A stretch of 64,000 nt of DNA from Candidatus Omnitrophota bacterium (lineage in GTDB: Bacteria; Omnitrophota; Gorgyraeia; JAFGHF01). Positions 50,670 through 60,146 of the stretch are shown here, piece after piece. Under the pieces are notes generated by a model that worked only from the letters and a program-made list of their open reading frames with translations, was not told the DNA's origin and did no database searches. A program made the position numbers and the translations under genes. Location: NCBI GenBank assembly GCA_043805735.1, contig JAZDHS010000004.1, positions 583 through 64,582 of the forward strand, in the 5' to 3' direction. Positions within the stretch are counted from its first letter, which is position 1, and each line of letters begins with the position of its first letter.

Positions 50670-51154
50670 GCGTGGAGAGAAGCGGTTTCACCTTAATTGA
50701 ATTGATGATTGCTGCCGCGGTTTCATCGGTGGCGCTATTGGGCATTTTGGGTGTATTTAGCGGTTGTTTCGGTGTTGACGAATCGGCGGGACAGCTAACT
50801 ATTGCCGTCAACGGCGCACGTTATAAGATTGAAGAAATGCGTACCGAACGCGATATGGGCAACCCCCGTGCCGCCGGGCATTATAACGAAACCATCCCCA
50901 ATTGTTCCTTAGCGCACAGCGTGGCGATTGATATTATTGACGACGGATCGGACCCGGATGGCGTTAGCGAAGCGACGTTATACTGGATAAGCGTTTCGGT
51001 CACCTGGATGACGCGTGGCGGAAGAATCATCGGCGAAGATGACGGTACCGGAGGCGGCGCTGCGCTTGACGGCATCCTTAATGGCGGCGAAGATAGCAAT
51101 AATAATAATTTACTTGATTCGCCGGCGCAGATAGTTACTTTAATGAGGCTCTAG
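50666..51154 (+). CDS. minor pilin (PilV-like)
   Basis: G|FTLIELM N-methylation site; V.V.W beta-strand. Confidence 0.8.
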   Translation: MSVERSGFTLIELMIAAAVSSVALLGILGVFSGCFGVDESAGQLTIAVNGARYKIEEMRTERDMGNPRAAGHYNETIPNCSLAHSVAIDIIDDGSDPDGVSEATLYWISVSVTWMTRGGRIIGEDDGTGGGAALDGILNGGEDSNNNNLLDSPAQIVTLMRL

Positions 51155-51156
51155 AG

Positions 51157-51693
51157 ATGCGCGAACGCGGTTTTACTTTAATCGAACTGATGATTGTATT
51201 AACGGTATTTGGTTTAATTCTTGGTGCGATCTTTGCCGTAATGTATGTAGGCAAGCAGTCCTGGTCGCAAGGCGGGACAAAGGTGGAAATACAACAAGAA
51301 GCGCGCCGGGCAATGGAAGAGATAGTGCGCGAACTGCGCGAAAGTGCCCAGGATGTTGTGACTGGCGTGCTTGCTGACGGAACTGCTTATAATGCGATTA
51401 CCTTTCGTATGCCCGATGATATCGATGGCGACGGAGATGTATTGGACGCTAACGGCGTTATTGAGTGGGGAACTCCGATTTCCTTTTCTGTAGGCGGTAT
51501 AAACAATGAGCAGCTTTTACGCACCAGCGCGGGCAATACCACGGTTCTTGGCAATCATGTGGTCAGCCTGCAGTTTACTCGCAATGCAGCTACTCCCAAT
51601 GTTATCGAAATCGACATCCAAACCCAACGGACTTCCCAGGAACAAAGGGTTTTTCAGGCGGCGTTAAGCTCAAAGGTGACACTGAGGAACTAA
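51157..51693 (+). CDS. minor pilin (PilW-like)
   Basis: G|FTLIELM site; QQEARRAM..I.RELRES helix. Confidence 0.8.
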   Translation: MRERGFTLIELMIVLTVFGLILGAIFAVMYVGKQSWSQGGTKVEIQQEARRAMEEIVRELRESAQDVVTGVLADGTAYNAITFRMPDDIDGDGDVLDANGVIEWGTPISFSVGGINNEQLLRTSAGNTTVLGNHVVSLQFTRNAATPNVIEIDIQTQRTSQEQRVFQAALSSKVTLRN

Positions 51694-52739
51694 TGCGCCA
51701 AGAAAAAAAGCTAAAGCGTTTTCTGTTTGTGAAAAACAAAAAAGGTATTGTGCTGGTTGCCTGTTATTTTGTTATTGCTACGCTGGCGGTATTGGGTAGT
51801 GCATTTCTGGCCCGGAGCGTAAGCGAACAAAGGTTTGCCGAAAGGCAGCGCTCTTCGACACAGGCATTTTATTACGCCGAAGCCGGCCTGGAGAGGGCGG
51901 CGTGGTACCTCACCGATGTGGCGCCCGATGGCTCAAATGATGGTAACTGGCGTACTAGCAATTATCCGGCGCAGCCAGGAACAGGCGTAAATGACCCGCG
52001 GCAGGAAACATGCTCGGATGGTAGTTATATTATTTGGGTAGAGAACGAAGACAGTGATGTGCGTATCTATGCCCGTGGCACATCCGGAGGTATTACTCGA
52101 GAGCTTACTCAGCGGATTTCGGTGGATTCCATTCCTGCGCCTTTTGAATATGCCGTCTATGTCGGCGGAGCAATTAACGATTCCGGGGCGACTAATCTCA
52201 CGGTCAATGGCGATACACAAGAAGATGGTCCGGAATTGCCAACTGTAGATATGGCTTATTTCAGCGGTTTAGCTATCCCGAGCCAAAGGATTACCGGAAA
52301 CTATACTTTTGTCGCCGGTACCTATAACGGTGTTTGGTACATTGACGGCAATGTGAATATCGAAAGCAATGTGACGATTAACGGTTCGATTATTTCCACG
52401 GGTCATATTTCCACGGCCGGTTTTAACACGATTACGGTCAATGCTACCTTGCCGCAGCCGGCTTTGATCGCCCAGGGTAACTTTGATTTTAAAGACAGCT
52501 CGGTGATTACGGTCAACGGCATTATTTATGTCGGCGCAGATATGACTGGAAACTTTCTCTTGCAGCAGGCGGAAAACATTACCTTTAACGGCACGCTGAT
52601 TGTCGCCGGAAATCTCAATATCCAAAATAGCAATATGGTGGCCATTACTTATGATGAAGAGGCCATGGAAGATCCGCCGGTAGGTTTTTCCGGTTCGGGT
52701 GAAGTGCGACTTGTGGAACATGATTGGCAGGAATTTTAA
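51693..52739 (+). CDS. PilX-like minor pilin with a C-terminal beta-solenoid-like region
   Basis: KG|IVLV (no Glu5), QAFYYAEAGLE PilX-type motif, repeated I.GN..I.G units. Confidence 0.75.
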   Translation: MRQEKKLKRFLFVKNKKGIVLVACYFVIATLAVLGSAFLARSVSEQRFAERQRSSTQAFYYAEAGLERAAWYLTDVAPDGSNDGNWRTSNYPAQPGTGVNDPRQETCSDGSYIIWVENEDSDVRIYARGTSGGITRELTQRISVDSIPAPFEYAVYVGGAINDSGATNLTVNGDTQEDGPELPTVDMAYFSGLAIPSQRITGNYTFVAGTYNGVWYIDGNVNIESNVTINGSIISTGHISTAGFNTITVNATLPQPALIAQGNFDFKDSSVITVNGIIYVGADMTGNFLLQQAENITFNGTLIVAGNLNIQNSNMVAITYDEEAMEDPPVGFSGSGEVRLVEHDWQEF

Positions 52740-52756
52740 CCAGAGATGCGCTTAAG

Positions 52757-53377
52757 ATGATTGAAATTAATCTTTTACCCACGGAATTACGCGAAAAGAA
52801 GACCTTGGCCGTGCCGCAGATATTTCAGGCTAAGCTTGTGGGGATAGTTGTGCTTTGCATTTTAGCTACGCATCTTTTGCTGATTGTGGTGGCTGCAATG
52901 AGCGCAAAGCGGTTGGCTCACTTTAAGGTGAAACTGCAGACGCTTACTCCTAAGGGCAAAGAGGTCGCGCAACTCCAGGTAGAACTTAACGAAGCCAATA
53001 AAAAGATTCCGATGATTGAGCAGTTGATGCAAAATCGCATACTTTGGTCAAAAAAGCTCAGCCGGGTAAATGACCTAATGGTGCCTCGCGTGTGGTTGAG
53101 TGAGTTTTCTCTCAGAGAAGAGAAAGAAGAATTAGAGAACAAGGGTACGGGAAAACTGCTTATTATCCGCGGTAGTGCCGCTTCGCGTACCAAAGATGAG
53201 CCGGCTCTGGTCGGTATGTTTATGCAGAACTTGAAAGACGACCCAGTTTTTTCGGAAGATTTTTCGGATATAGAATTAGGCCCGATCCGCAAAAGGTTGA
53301 TTGGGGACACCGAGGTCATGGATTTTAATTTATATTGCCGGATTAAACCGGAACGCATAAAGGCCTTATCACGATGA
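52757..53377 (+). CDS. pilN: type IV pilus protein PilN
   Basis: MIEINLLP N-terminal motif, TM, coiled coil, VWL. Confidence 0.88.
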   Translation: MIEINLLPTELREKKTLAVPQIFQAKLVGIVVLCILATHLLLIVVAAMSAKRLAHFKVKLQTLTPKGKEVAQLQVELNEANKKIPMIEQLMQNRILWSKKLSRVNDLMVPRVWLSEFSLREEKEELENKGTGKLLIIRGSAASRTKDEPALVGMFMQNLKDDPVFSEDFSDIELGPIRKRLIGDTEVMDFNLYCRIKPERIKALSR

Positions 53378-53970
53378 ACCCAGGCGCATCTTCTGCAGAA
53401 CTAGGTAGCCAAAAAATTAAGGAAATACTTTCCGATAAAAATACGCAGAACGCCATTCTTATCGTTTTTTTGGTATTGAGTTATATGCTTGTCCTTTTCT
53501 TGCCCAAGGCCAAGGCGATAGTGCGTAATGCTTCACAGGCAGCAAAGGTAAAGGTCGAAATTGTAAAATTGGAGAAGGATTGGGCCGGTAGTAGCGCCAT
53601 TGAACAAAGGATCAACCAACTCAACGAAAAAATTGATTTTTACGAAAAAGAACTGCCCGGAGAAAAAGAAGTCCCAGCGGTATTGCGCTACCTTTCGGAA
53701 TCGGCGCGCAAGCTCAATGTGAAAATTACCGAAATTAAGCCGGCTGATCAGAATGAAATTCCGGGAGAAGAAAGCTCAGCAATTTATTTTAGCGTGCCGA
53801 TTTTGCTGAAAGCGGAATGTGGTTATCATCAGTTGGGCCGCTTTATTAGCGATTTGGAGAGCGCCGACCGGTTTATGAAAATTAGTGATATTAAAATCAT
53901 GCAAAATTCAACTGACCCCGTAAGCCACTATGTGCGTCTGACGGTGGTTACCTATGTGCTAAGACAATGA
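53374..53970 (+). CDS. pilO: type IV pilus protein PilO
   Basis: TM, coiled coil, LPGEKEVP, GYHQLGRF. Confidence 0.88.
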   Translation: MNPGASSAELGSQKIKEILSDKNTQNAILIVFLVLSYMLVLFLPKAKAIVRNASQAAKVKVEIVKLEKDWAGSSAIEQRINQLNEKIDFYEKELPGEKEVPAVLRYLSESARKLNVKITEIKPADQNEIPGEESSAIYFSVPILLKAECGYHQLGRFISDLESADRFMKISDIKIMQNSTDPVSHYVRLTVVTYVLRQ

Positions 53971-54347
53971 TCCGCCAACGCGTTTTTATTTTTTTAGGAA
54001 TTTTTTTAATGCCTTGCCTGGCCTTTAGGTTTTGCGTGGCAGAAGAAGATCTGTTTGCCTATAAGGACAGTGGAAAGCGCGATCCTTTTATAGCTTTAGT
54101 TAGCGAACAGGGCCGCTACATCGCCGAAAGCGGAGAAATGTACTCATCAAATGAGTTGCGGGTGAGCGGTATTTTGTGGGATCCCGAAGGTAAAAGTTCG
54201 GCGTTAATTAATGACCAGATGGTGGCCGAAGGCGAAACATTTTACGGTTTCCTGATTAAAGAAATTCGTCAAGACCATGTTACTGTTTCCCGTGATGGCC
54301 AAGACTATACCATCTGGGTTATCGGAGAAAAGGAGGATCATCAATGA
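53967..54347 (+). CDS. pilP: PilP-like pilus assembly protein
   Basis: RDPF motif and L.VSGILW..ALIN; position between pilO and the secretin. Confidence 0.7.
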   Translation: MIRQRVFIFLGIFLMPCLAFRFCVAEEDLFAYKDSGKRDPFIALVSEQGRYIAESGEMYSSNELRVSGILWDPEGKSSALINDQMVAEGETFYGFLIKEIRQDHVTVSRDGQDYTIWVIGEKEDHQ

Positions 54348-55855
54348 AAACGAAATGGGTAAAAATGCGGGCGGTATTTTTACTCTTAGGCGTAGGGATA
54401 TTCCTGGCGGTTTACGGGCAGACATTTCAGCCGGTGTTGCAGGCGCAACAGGAACAGGCGGTAACGGAATCAGAGGAGCCCATAGCGCTTTTGCCGCCAG
54501 CGGCAGAGCAGGCGCAAGAACCGCTATCAGCGGAGTCGGCGCAGGCGCTGGAAGAAGCTAGCACAACTAAGCCGGAGAATATCACGGTTGATTTTAAGGA
54601 TGCCGATATCCACGATGTGCTCAAGATTATCGCTTATAAAAGCGGGATAAATATTGTTGCCGGTAAAGATGTGATTGGCACGGTGACTATTCGCCTGGTC
54701 GATGTGCCTTGGGAGCGGGCCTTAGAAGTGATTCTGAAAAATGCCGGATTTGTCTATGAACGCGATCAGGATATCATTCGGGTAACCACGATTGACAACT
54801 TAAGCAAGGAAGAACTATCTACTGAAATCTTCATTCTTAATTATGCCGATGCCGAGCAAATTTCCGAATCGATTAAATCGATGCTTACCTCCCGGGGCAG
54901 TATTAAATTTGACGAGCGGACTAATCAGGTCGTGGTTACCGATGTACCGACCAATTTGTATAAAATCGGTAAGGTCGTGGAGAAGCTCGATCAGCGGACT
55001 CATCAGGTAGTCATTGAGGCGAAGGTAATTGAAACGACCTTAGCTGATGACGAAAATTTAGGGATTAATTGGACCGCGCAGGTCTCGGCAAACGGCGCTA
55101 CCCGGCCGCTAATGTTTCCTTGGGCTTACTATAAATCGTATGGCAAGACTGGATTAGAATATTTCCCGCAAGTAGATACTACCGCGGATGAGTTTGCGGC
55201 CAGCCAGTCCAACGGTTTTCCCTATGCGCCTTACGCCAATCAAACCGAAGGCGGAGATTTTCGCTTTGGGACTTTGAGCTTTGAGAATTTACAAATGATC
55301 CTCAATCTATTAAGGACGCGCAGCGATACCAAAACTCTTTCTAATCCCAGTATAGTTACATTAAATAATAAAGAGGCGGTCATTCATGTCGGTGAAGATT
55401 TCGGTGTGCCTACCTACGAACGCAATACTTCTACGGGAACGATGGAGATTACCGGCTATACCACCAGAAAGGTCGGCGTAAAGCTAACCGTTACGCCCCA
55501 TGTGAACGCCGAAAAAGAAATTGTGATTGATATGCATCCTGAAGTGAGCGCTTTTGTGCGCAATCAAATTTTTGGCGATATTGAGGTTCCCGTTTTTTCG
55601 GTGCGCGAAGCCACTACGCAGATTATGGTCAAGGATGGGGACACGATTGTTATCGGTGAGCTGATCTCCGATACTAACATTGATGCGGTACGTAAAATAC
55701 CGATCCTGGGTGATATCCCTTTAATCGGGCATATCTTCCGCAGTACCACCAAAGGCGTGGATAAAACTGATTTAATCATTTTTATTACTGTGCGCCTAAT
55801 TGATACCGAAGGCAAAAAAATTGCCCAACAACAGACGAAAGCCGAAGAAAAATGA
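54344..55855 (+). CDS. pilQ: type IV pilus secretin (short form, no AMIN domains)
   Basis: DFKDADI, VPWERAL, DERTN, QVVIEAKVIE, KIPILGDIPLIG.IF. Confidence 0.88.
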   Translation: MKTKWVKMRAVFLLLGVGIFLAVYGQTFQPVLQAQQEQAVTESEEPIALLPPAAEQAQEPLSAESAQALEEASTTKPENITVDFKDADIHDVLKIIAYKSGINIVAGKDVIGTVTIRLVDVPWERALEVILKNAGFVYERDQDIIRVTTIDNLSKEELSTEIFILNYADAEQISESIKSMLTSRGSIKFDERTNQVVVTDVPTNLYKIGKVVEKLDQRTHQVVIEAKVIETTLADDENLGINWTAQVSANGATRPLMFPWAYYKSYGKTGLEYFPQVDTTADEFAASQSNGFPYAPYANQTEGGDFRFGTLSFENLQMILNLLRTRSDTKTLSNPSIVTLNNKEAVIHVGEDFGVPTYERNTSTGTMEITGYTTRKVGVKLTVTPHVNAEKEIVIDMHPEVSAFVRNQIFGDIEVPVFSVREATTQIMVKDGDTIVIGELISDTNIDAVRKIPILGDIPLIGHIFRSTTKGVDKTDLIIFITVRLIDTEGKKIAQQQTKAEEK

Positions 55856-57366
55856 ACCAAGAAATACTGATTAATGTTGAGCTGCAGGAAAAGCGGGTGG
55901 CCATTATCGAAGGCCGGACGCTGGAGGAGTTTTACGTTGAACGCCAGGGGGCGCAACGGCTGGTCGGCAACATTTATAAAGGCGTGGTTGATTCGATCGT
56001 CCCGGCCATTGGCGCGCTATTTGTAAACATCGGTTTGGAGAAGAATGGGTTTCTCTATGCCCAGGATTTGACCCTTCCCGACTATGAAAAGATGGCTGAG
56101 CTGATTGACCGGCCTTCTACCGAAGGGGTAGGGCCTAACGGTAGAACTAAATCGCAACATATCGATATTAAAGAAATGTTCAAGGTTGGGCAGGAGCTAA
56201 TGGTCCAATTGGTTAAAGAACCGTTGAGTACCAAGGGCGCCCGTCTGACGCCGCATGTTTCCTTACCAGGGAGGTTTCTTGTGCTGATGCCCGGGGCACA
56301 TCATGTGGGCATCTCGCGGCGCATCCAGGACAATAAAGAAAGAGCCCGCCTGAAAGAATTGCTCAAGAGTATCAAGCTTCCCGCGCAGGGAGGTTTGATT
56401 GTGCGTACCGCCGGTTTTGGCGCCACCAGGCGGGAGTTTTTGCAAGATTTACATTACCTGACTAATCTCTGGCGCAGGATTAAGCTGGCCTACCAGAAAA
56501 AGTCCACCCCGGGTTTAATCCATGAGGAATACGATTTGGTGCTGCGTACGGTAAGAGACAGTGTTACGGTACAGACCGCCCGCCTGTTAGTTGACTCCAA
56601 AACAGAATATAAAAATATTATCTATTTCCTGAGCGCTGTGGCTCCGCATTTACGCAACCGCATTCATTACTACGGCGCCGATGTGCCGCTGTTTGAAAGA
56701 AGAGGGGTAGAGGACGAAATTACCAAAATCTTTGAACGCAAGGCCGCCTTGCCTTCCGGTGGGCATATTATGATTGAACCGACCGAGGCCTTGGTGGCTA
56801 TCGATGTGAACAGTGGAAAATTTACCCGCAAAAAAGACCCCGAAGAAACCGCTTATCAGGTTAATCTCGAGGCCGCCCGGGAAATTGCCCGCCAGGTTCG
56901 CTTGCGTGATATGGGGGGTATTATTATTATTGATTTTATTGATATGAAGTTTGCCTCCCATCGCCAGAGTGTGTTAGCTGCGCTTAGTGAAGCGCTAAAA
57001 CGCGACCATCATGCCAAGACGGATATCTCCACAATATCAGAACTGGGATTAGTCCAAATGACCAGGCAGAGAGTGCGAAAAAGCCTGGAGAGCGTGGCTT
57101 ATCAGACCTGTCCTTACTGTCAGGGCAAGGGATTAGTAAAATCGCCGGCAACTTTGGCCATTATCGCCCTGCGCCGGATTAAAAAGATCTTCCAAAGAAG
57201 CAAAAAACGCACTATTCTGGTACAGGCCCACCCCGATGTAGCCTCATATCTGGTAAATGAAAATCGGCAGACCATCGCCACCCTGGAAGGGACATTCAAG
57301 GCCAAAATTTTAATTAAGCAAGACGTGTCGATTCATATGGAAGATGTTACCATAGAGACTGTCTAA
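55852..57366 (+). CDS. rng: Rne/Rng family ribonuclease (RNase G-like)
   Basis: GNIYKG S1 domain, IDVNSG, DFIDM, CPYCQG; no long RNase E tail. Confidence 0.9.
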   Translation: MNQEILINVELQEKRVAIIEGRTLEEFYVERQGAQRLVGNIYKGVVDSIVPAIGALFVNIGLEKNGFLYAQDLTLPDYEKMAELIDRPSTEGVGPNGRTKSQHIDIKEMFKVGQELMVQLVKEPLSTKGARLTPHVSLPGRFLVLMPGAHHVGISRRIQDNKERARLKELLKSIKLPAQGGLIVRTAGFGATRREFLQDLHYLTNLWRRIKLAYQKKSTPGLIHEEYDLVLRTVRDSVTVQTARLLVDSKTEYKNIIYFLSAVAPHLRNRIHYYGADVPLFERRGVEDEITKIFERKAALPSGGHIMIEPTEALVAIDVNSGKFTRKKDPEETAYQVNLEAAREIARQVRLRDMGGIIIIDFIDMKFASHRQSVLAALSEALKRDHHAKTDISTISELGLVQMTRQRVRKSLESVAYQTCPYCQGKGLVKSPATLAIIALRRIKKIFQRSKKRTILVQAHPDVASYLVNENRQTIATLEGTFKAKILIKQDVSIHMEDVTIETV

Positions 57367-57370
57367 ACAC

Positions 57371-57399
57371 TTGACAGCGGCGAAGTTATGTGGTAGCAT
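57371..57399 (+). promoter_or_regulatory. sigma70 promoter of rplU-rpmA
   Basis: TTGACA (57371-57376), 17-bp spacer, TGn-TAGCAT (57394-57399). Confidence 0.65.
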
Positions 57400-57437
57400 A
57401 TTTCTTCCATTTTGAGTTGAACAAGGAGACCAAGCCA

Positions 57438-57752
57438 ATGTATGCAATAGTCGCAGTAGGGAATAAACAATATAAGATTACCGAAAATGACCAAATTGTG
57501 ATCGAGAGGACAACTGCCCCGCGCACACACAAGTTGTCTTTAGATAAGGTGCTGGTGATGGTAAAGGATAAGAAAATAACTGTCGGTACTCCTTATATCA
57601 AGGACGCTAAAGTAGAGTGTGAAGTTTTGGCCCAGGTCAAGGGCGAGAAAAAGATTGCCTACCGGTATCGCCGGCGGAAAAGTTCACAGTCAAAAAAAGG
57701 GCATCGCCAAAAATGCCTCTTACTGAAAGTAAAAAACATAAAAGTAGGATAG
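57438..57752 (+). CDS. rplU: 50S ribosomal protein bL21
   Basis: MYAIV..G.KQYK, GTPY, KKGHRQ; SD AAGGAG. Confidence 0.96.
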   Translation: MYAIVAVGNKQYKITENDQIVIERTTAPRTHKLSLDKVLVMVKDKKITVGTPYIKDAKVECEVLAQVKGEKKIAYRYRRRKSSQSKKGHRQKCLLLKVKNIKVG

Positions 57753-57767
57753 AAATGAGGATCAGAA

Positions 57768-58031
57768 ATGGCACATAAAAAAGGATTAGGCAGCTCGCGC
57801 AACGGTCGCGATAGCCACTCGCAACGATTAGGCGTAAAACGCTTTGGCGGAGAATTAGTAAGCGCCGGCAGCATCATTATTAGGCAAAGAGGGACGCGGT
57901 ATTTCCCCGGCTCTAACGTAGGCATGGGAAGGGACCACACGCTTTTTGCTAAAGTGGATGGATTGGTTGAATTCCTCAAGCCGCGTGTCGTGAGCGTAAA
58001 GGCTCAAGCGCGTATCTTAAATGACCGATAA
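57768..58031 (+). CDS. rpmA: 50S ribosomal protein bL27
   Basis: [32 protein letters not shown]. Confidence 0.98.
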   Translation: MAHKKGLGSSRNGRDSHSQRLGVKRFGGELVSAGSIIIRQRGTRYFPGSNVGMGRDHTLFAKVDGLVEFLKPRVVSVKAQARILNDR

Positions 58032-58986
58032 GGTTAAAATTTTTGTCAAGGCAGGAAACGGGGGTAACGGCTGCAACAGTTTTCGGGGCTTAAAGTTTAC
58101 CCGTTCCCGTAGGGCCGACGGTGGCCATGGTGGAAATGGCGCCGATATAATTTTTAAGGTTGATCGTAACCTGCTCTCACTTGATGAATTTAAGTTTCGG
58201 CAGCATTGTTATGCCGAACACGGCAAGGCCGGCGAATCAAATAAAAAAAAGGGGGCGGATGCGCGCCCCTGTATTATTAGAGTCCCCCCGGGCACGATTG
58301 TGCGCGACCTAAAATACGATATCGTCTTGCGCGACCTGGTGAATCCCGAGGAAGAGTTACTGGCAGCAAAAGGAGGCCGGGGCGGCAGGGGAAATGTCGT
58401 GACCAACGAAGCGATGGACGGTACGCTCGGGGAAGAAAAACAGTTGCTTTTGGAATTAAAACTTATCGCCGATGTCGCTGTAATCGGGTATCCTAACGCC
58501 GGCAAGTCCACCTTATTAAGTAAACTCACCCAAGCCCGCCCGAAAATTGCCAACTATCCCTTTACGACCACAACCCCTTTTTTAGGGGTATTAGTTTTTT
58601 CCGATTTCAAAGAGCCGCACTCACTCACGTTGATCGAGTTGCCGGCATTGGTGGATGGTGCGCATCAGGGTAAGGGCCTGGGCGCGGAGTTTTTACGCCA
58701 CGGCGAAAGGGCAAAAGCAGTATTGTATGTCCTGGATATGTCCGGCCAAGAAGGCCGCGACCCGATCGATGACTATCGCCATTTGGCGCAAGAGTTACTG
58801 CACTATAATCCCGGCTTGGCCCAAAAAAATAAAATCATTGCCGCCAATAAAATGGATCTTCCCGGAGCAGAAGAAAGATACAAACGCTTTTTGGCGAAAA
58901 CTAAAGAAAAGGTCTTAGCGATTAGCGCCCTGCAAAACACTGGAATAGAAGCGCTCGCTAAGCAATTAAGAAGTATTTTGAAATAG
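58021..58986 (+). CDS. obg: GTPase Obg/CgtA (atypical G3 motif)
   Basis: Gly-rich Obg fold, [26 protein letters not shown]; position after rpmA. Confidence 0.92.
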   Translation: MTDKVKIFVKAGNGGNGCNSFRGLKFTRSRRADGGHGGNGADIIFKVDRNLLSLDEFKFRQHCYAEHGKAGESNKKKGADARPCIIRVPPGTIVRDLKYDIVLRDLVNPEEELLAAKGGRGGRGNVVTNEAMDGTLGEEKQLLLELKLIADVAVIGYPNAGKSTLLSKLTQARPKIANYPFTTTTPFLGVLVFSDFKEPHSLTLIELPALVDGAHQGKGLGAEFLRHGERAKAVLYVLDMSGQEGRDPIDDYRHLAQELLHYNPGLAQKNKIIAANKMDLPGAEERYKRFLAKTKEKVLAISALQNTGIEALAKQLRSILK

Positions 58987-58994
58987 GATAAACG

Positions 58995-60143
58995 ATGGAG
59001 AAACACAGATTACCTTTTAAGGTGCAAAGAGTAGTGGTAAAAGTAGGTACGCGGATTCTGACCACCAAAGACTACCATCTGGACAAGACTTGGATTAAAA
59101 AGCTGGTTGCGCAAATTACCCAGTTGATGGAAAAACATATTGAGGTAATTTTAGTTACTTCCGGAGCTATTGGGGCGGGAATGGGCATGCTCGGATTAAG
59201 CTCAAGGCCGAAATTACTTCCCCAGCAGCAAGCGGCGGCCGCAATCGGCCAGAGCCAACTGATGCGGGTCTATGATACTTTTTTTCGGCGGCATAAACTG
59301 TTAACCGCTCAAGTCCTCTTAACGCGTGAGGACTTGGTCAGCCGCAAAAGGTATCTCAATGCCAAGAATACCCTATTGACTTTATTGAGCCACAAAAACG
59401 TCATCCCGATTGTTAATGAAAACGATACCGTGTCAGTTGATGAGATAAAATTTGGCGACAATGACTATCTCTCCGCCCAGGTGGCGAGCCTAATTGGCGC
59501 CGAGCTTTTAATTATATTATCCGATGTCGATGGGCTTTATGCTACCCGGCCGACGAAGGATGCGGTTGCAAACAAACTCAGCCAAACTGTTATTGCTACA
59601 GTCGAAAAGATCGATGGTGAAATTGAAAAAGTGGCCACAAAAAGCGCAAGCGTAGTGGGCACTGGGGGCATGATTAGTAAATTAGCGGCAGCGAAAATCT
59701 GCGCTGCTTCCGGTACGGCTTGTATCGTGGCCAACGGCACAACCGAAAATGTGCTGCTGAAGATTATCGAAGGCGAAAATATCGGAACGCTTTTTTCCCC
59801 TAATCCTGCACAATTGGAAGCGAAGAAGCGTTGGATCGGTTTTAGCGCCCGTCTTAAAGGACAGATTTTTGTTGATGGCGGGGCGGCAATAGCGCTGATT
59901 GAGAAAAAGAGGAGCTTATTGCCCAAGGGTATCGTCAAGATCCGCGGTAATTTTGCCATTGGCGATACAGTGAGCGTTCTTGATCAGCACAATCATGAAT
60001 TTGCCCGCGGTTTAGTAAATTACTCGGCGCAGGAGCTGATCAAGATTAAGGGGCATAAGAGCGATCAAATTCAGTCAATCCTGGGATATAAATATTATGA
60101 TGAAGCTATTCAACGTGATAATTTGGTGATTGTCAAGGATTAA
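58995..60143 (+). CDS. proB: glutamate 5-kinase
   Basis: VVKVGT, NENDTV, FGDND, GTGGM.SK, PUA domain. Confidence 0.97.
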   Translation: MEKHRLPFKVQRVVVKVGTRILTTKDYHLDKTWIKKLVAQITQLMEKHIEVILVTSGAIGAGMGMLGLSSRPKLLPQQQAAAAIGQSQLMRVYDTFFRRHKLLTAQVLLTREDLVSRKRYLNAKNTLLTLLSHKNVIPIVNENDTVSVDEIKFGDNDYLSAQVASLIGAELLIILSDVDGLYATRPTKDAVANKLSQTVIATVEKIDGEIEKVATKSASVVGTGGMISKLAAAKICAASGTACIVANGTTENVLLKIIEGENIGTLFSPNPAQLEAKKRWIGFSARLKGQIFVDGGAAIALIEKKRSLLPKGIVKIRGNFAIGDTVSVLDQHNHEFARGLVNYSAQELIKIKGHKSDQIQSILGYKYYDEAIQRDNLVIVKD

Positions 60144-60146
60144 GCG

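Noticed and set aside
51098-51109. (AAT)4 tract as a phase-variation repeat
   Set aside because: It is a short in-frame triplet run encoding Asn within an acidic loop and cannot shift the frame
55655-55660. Secretin motif IGEL instead of IGGL as a sign of pseudogenisation
   Set aside because: It is a single substitution in an otherwise intact frame, which is not enough evidence
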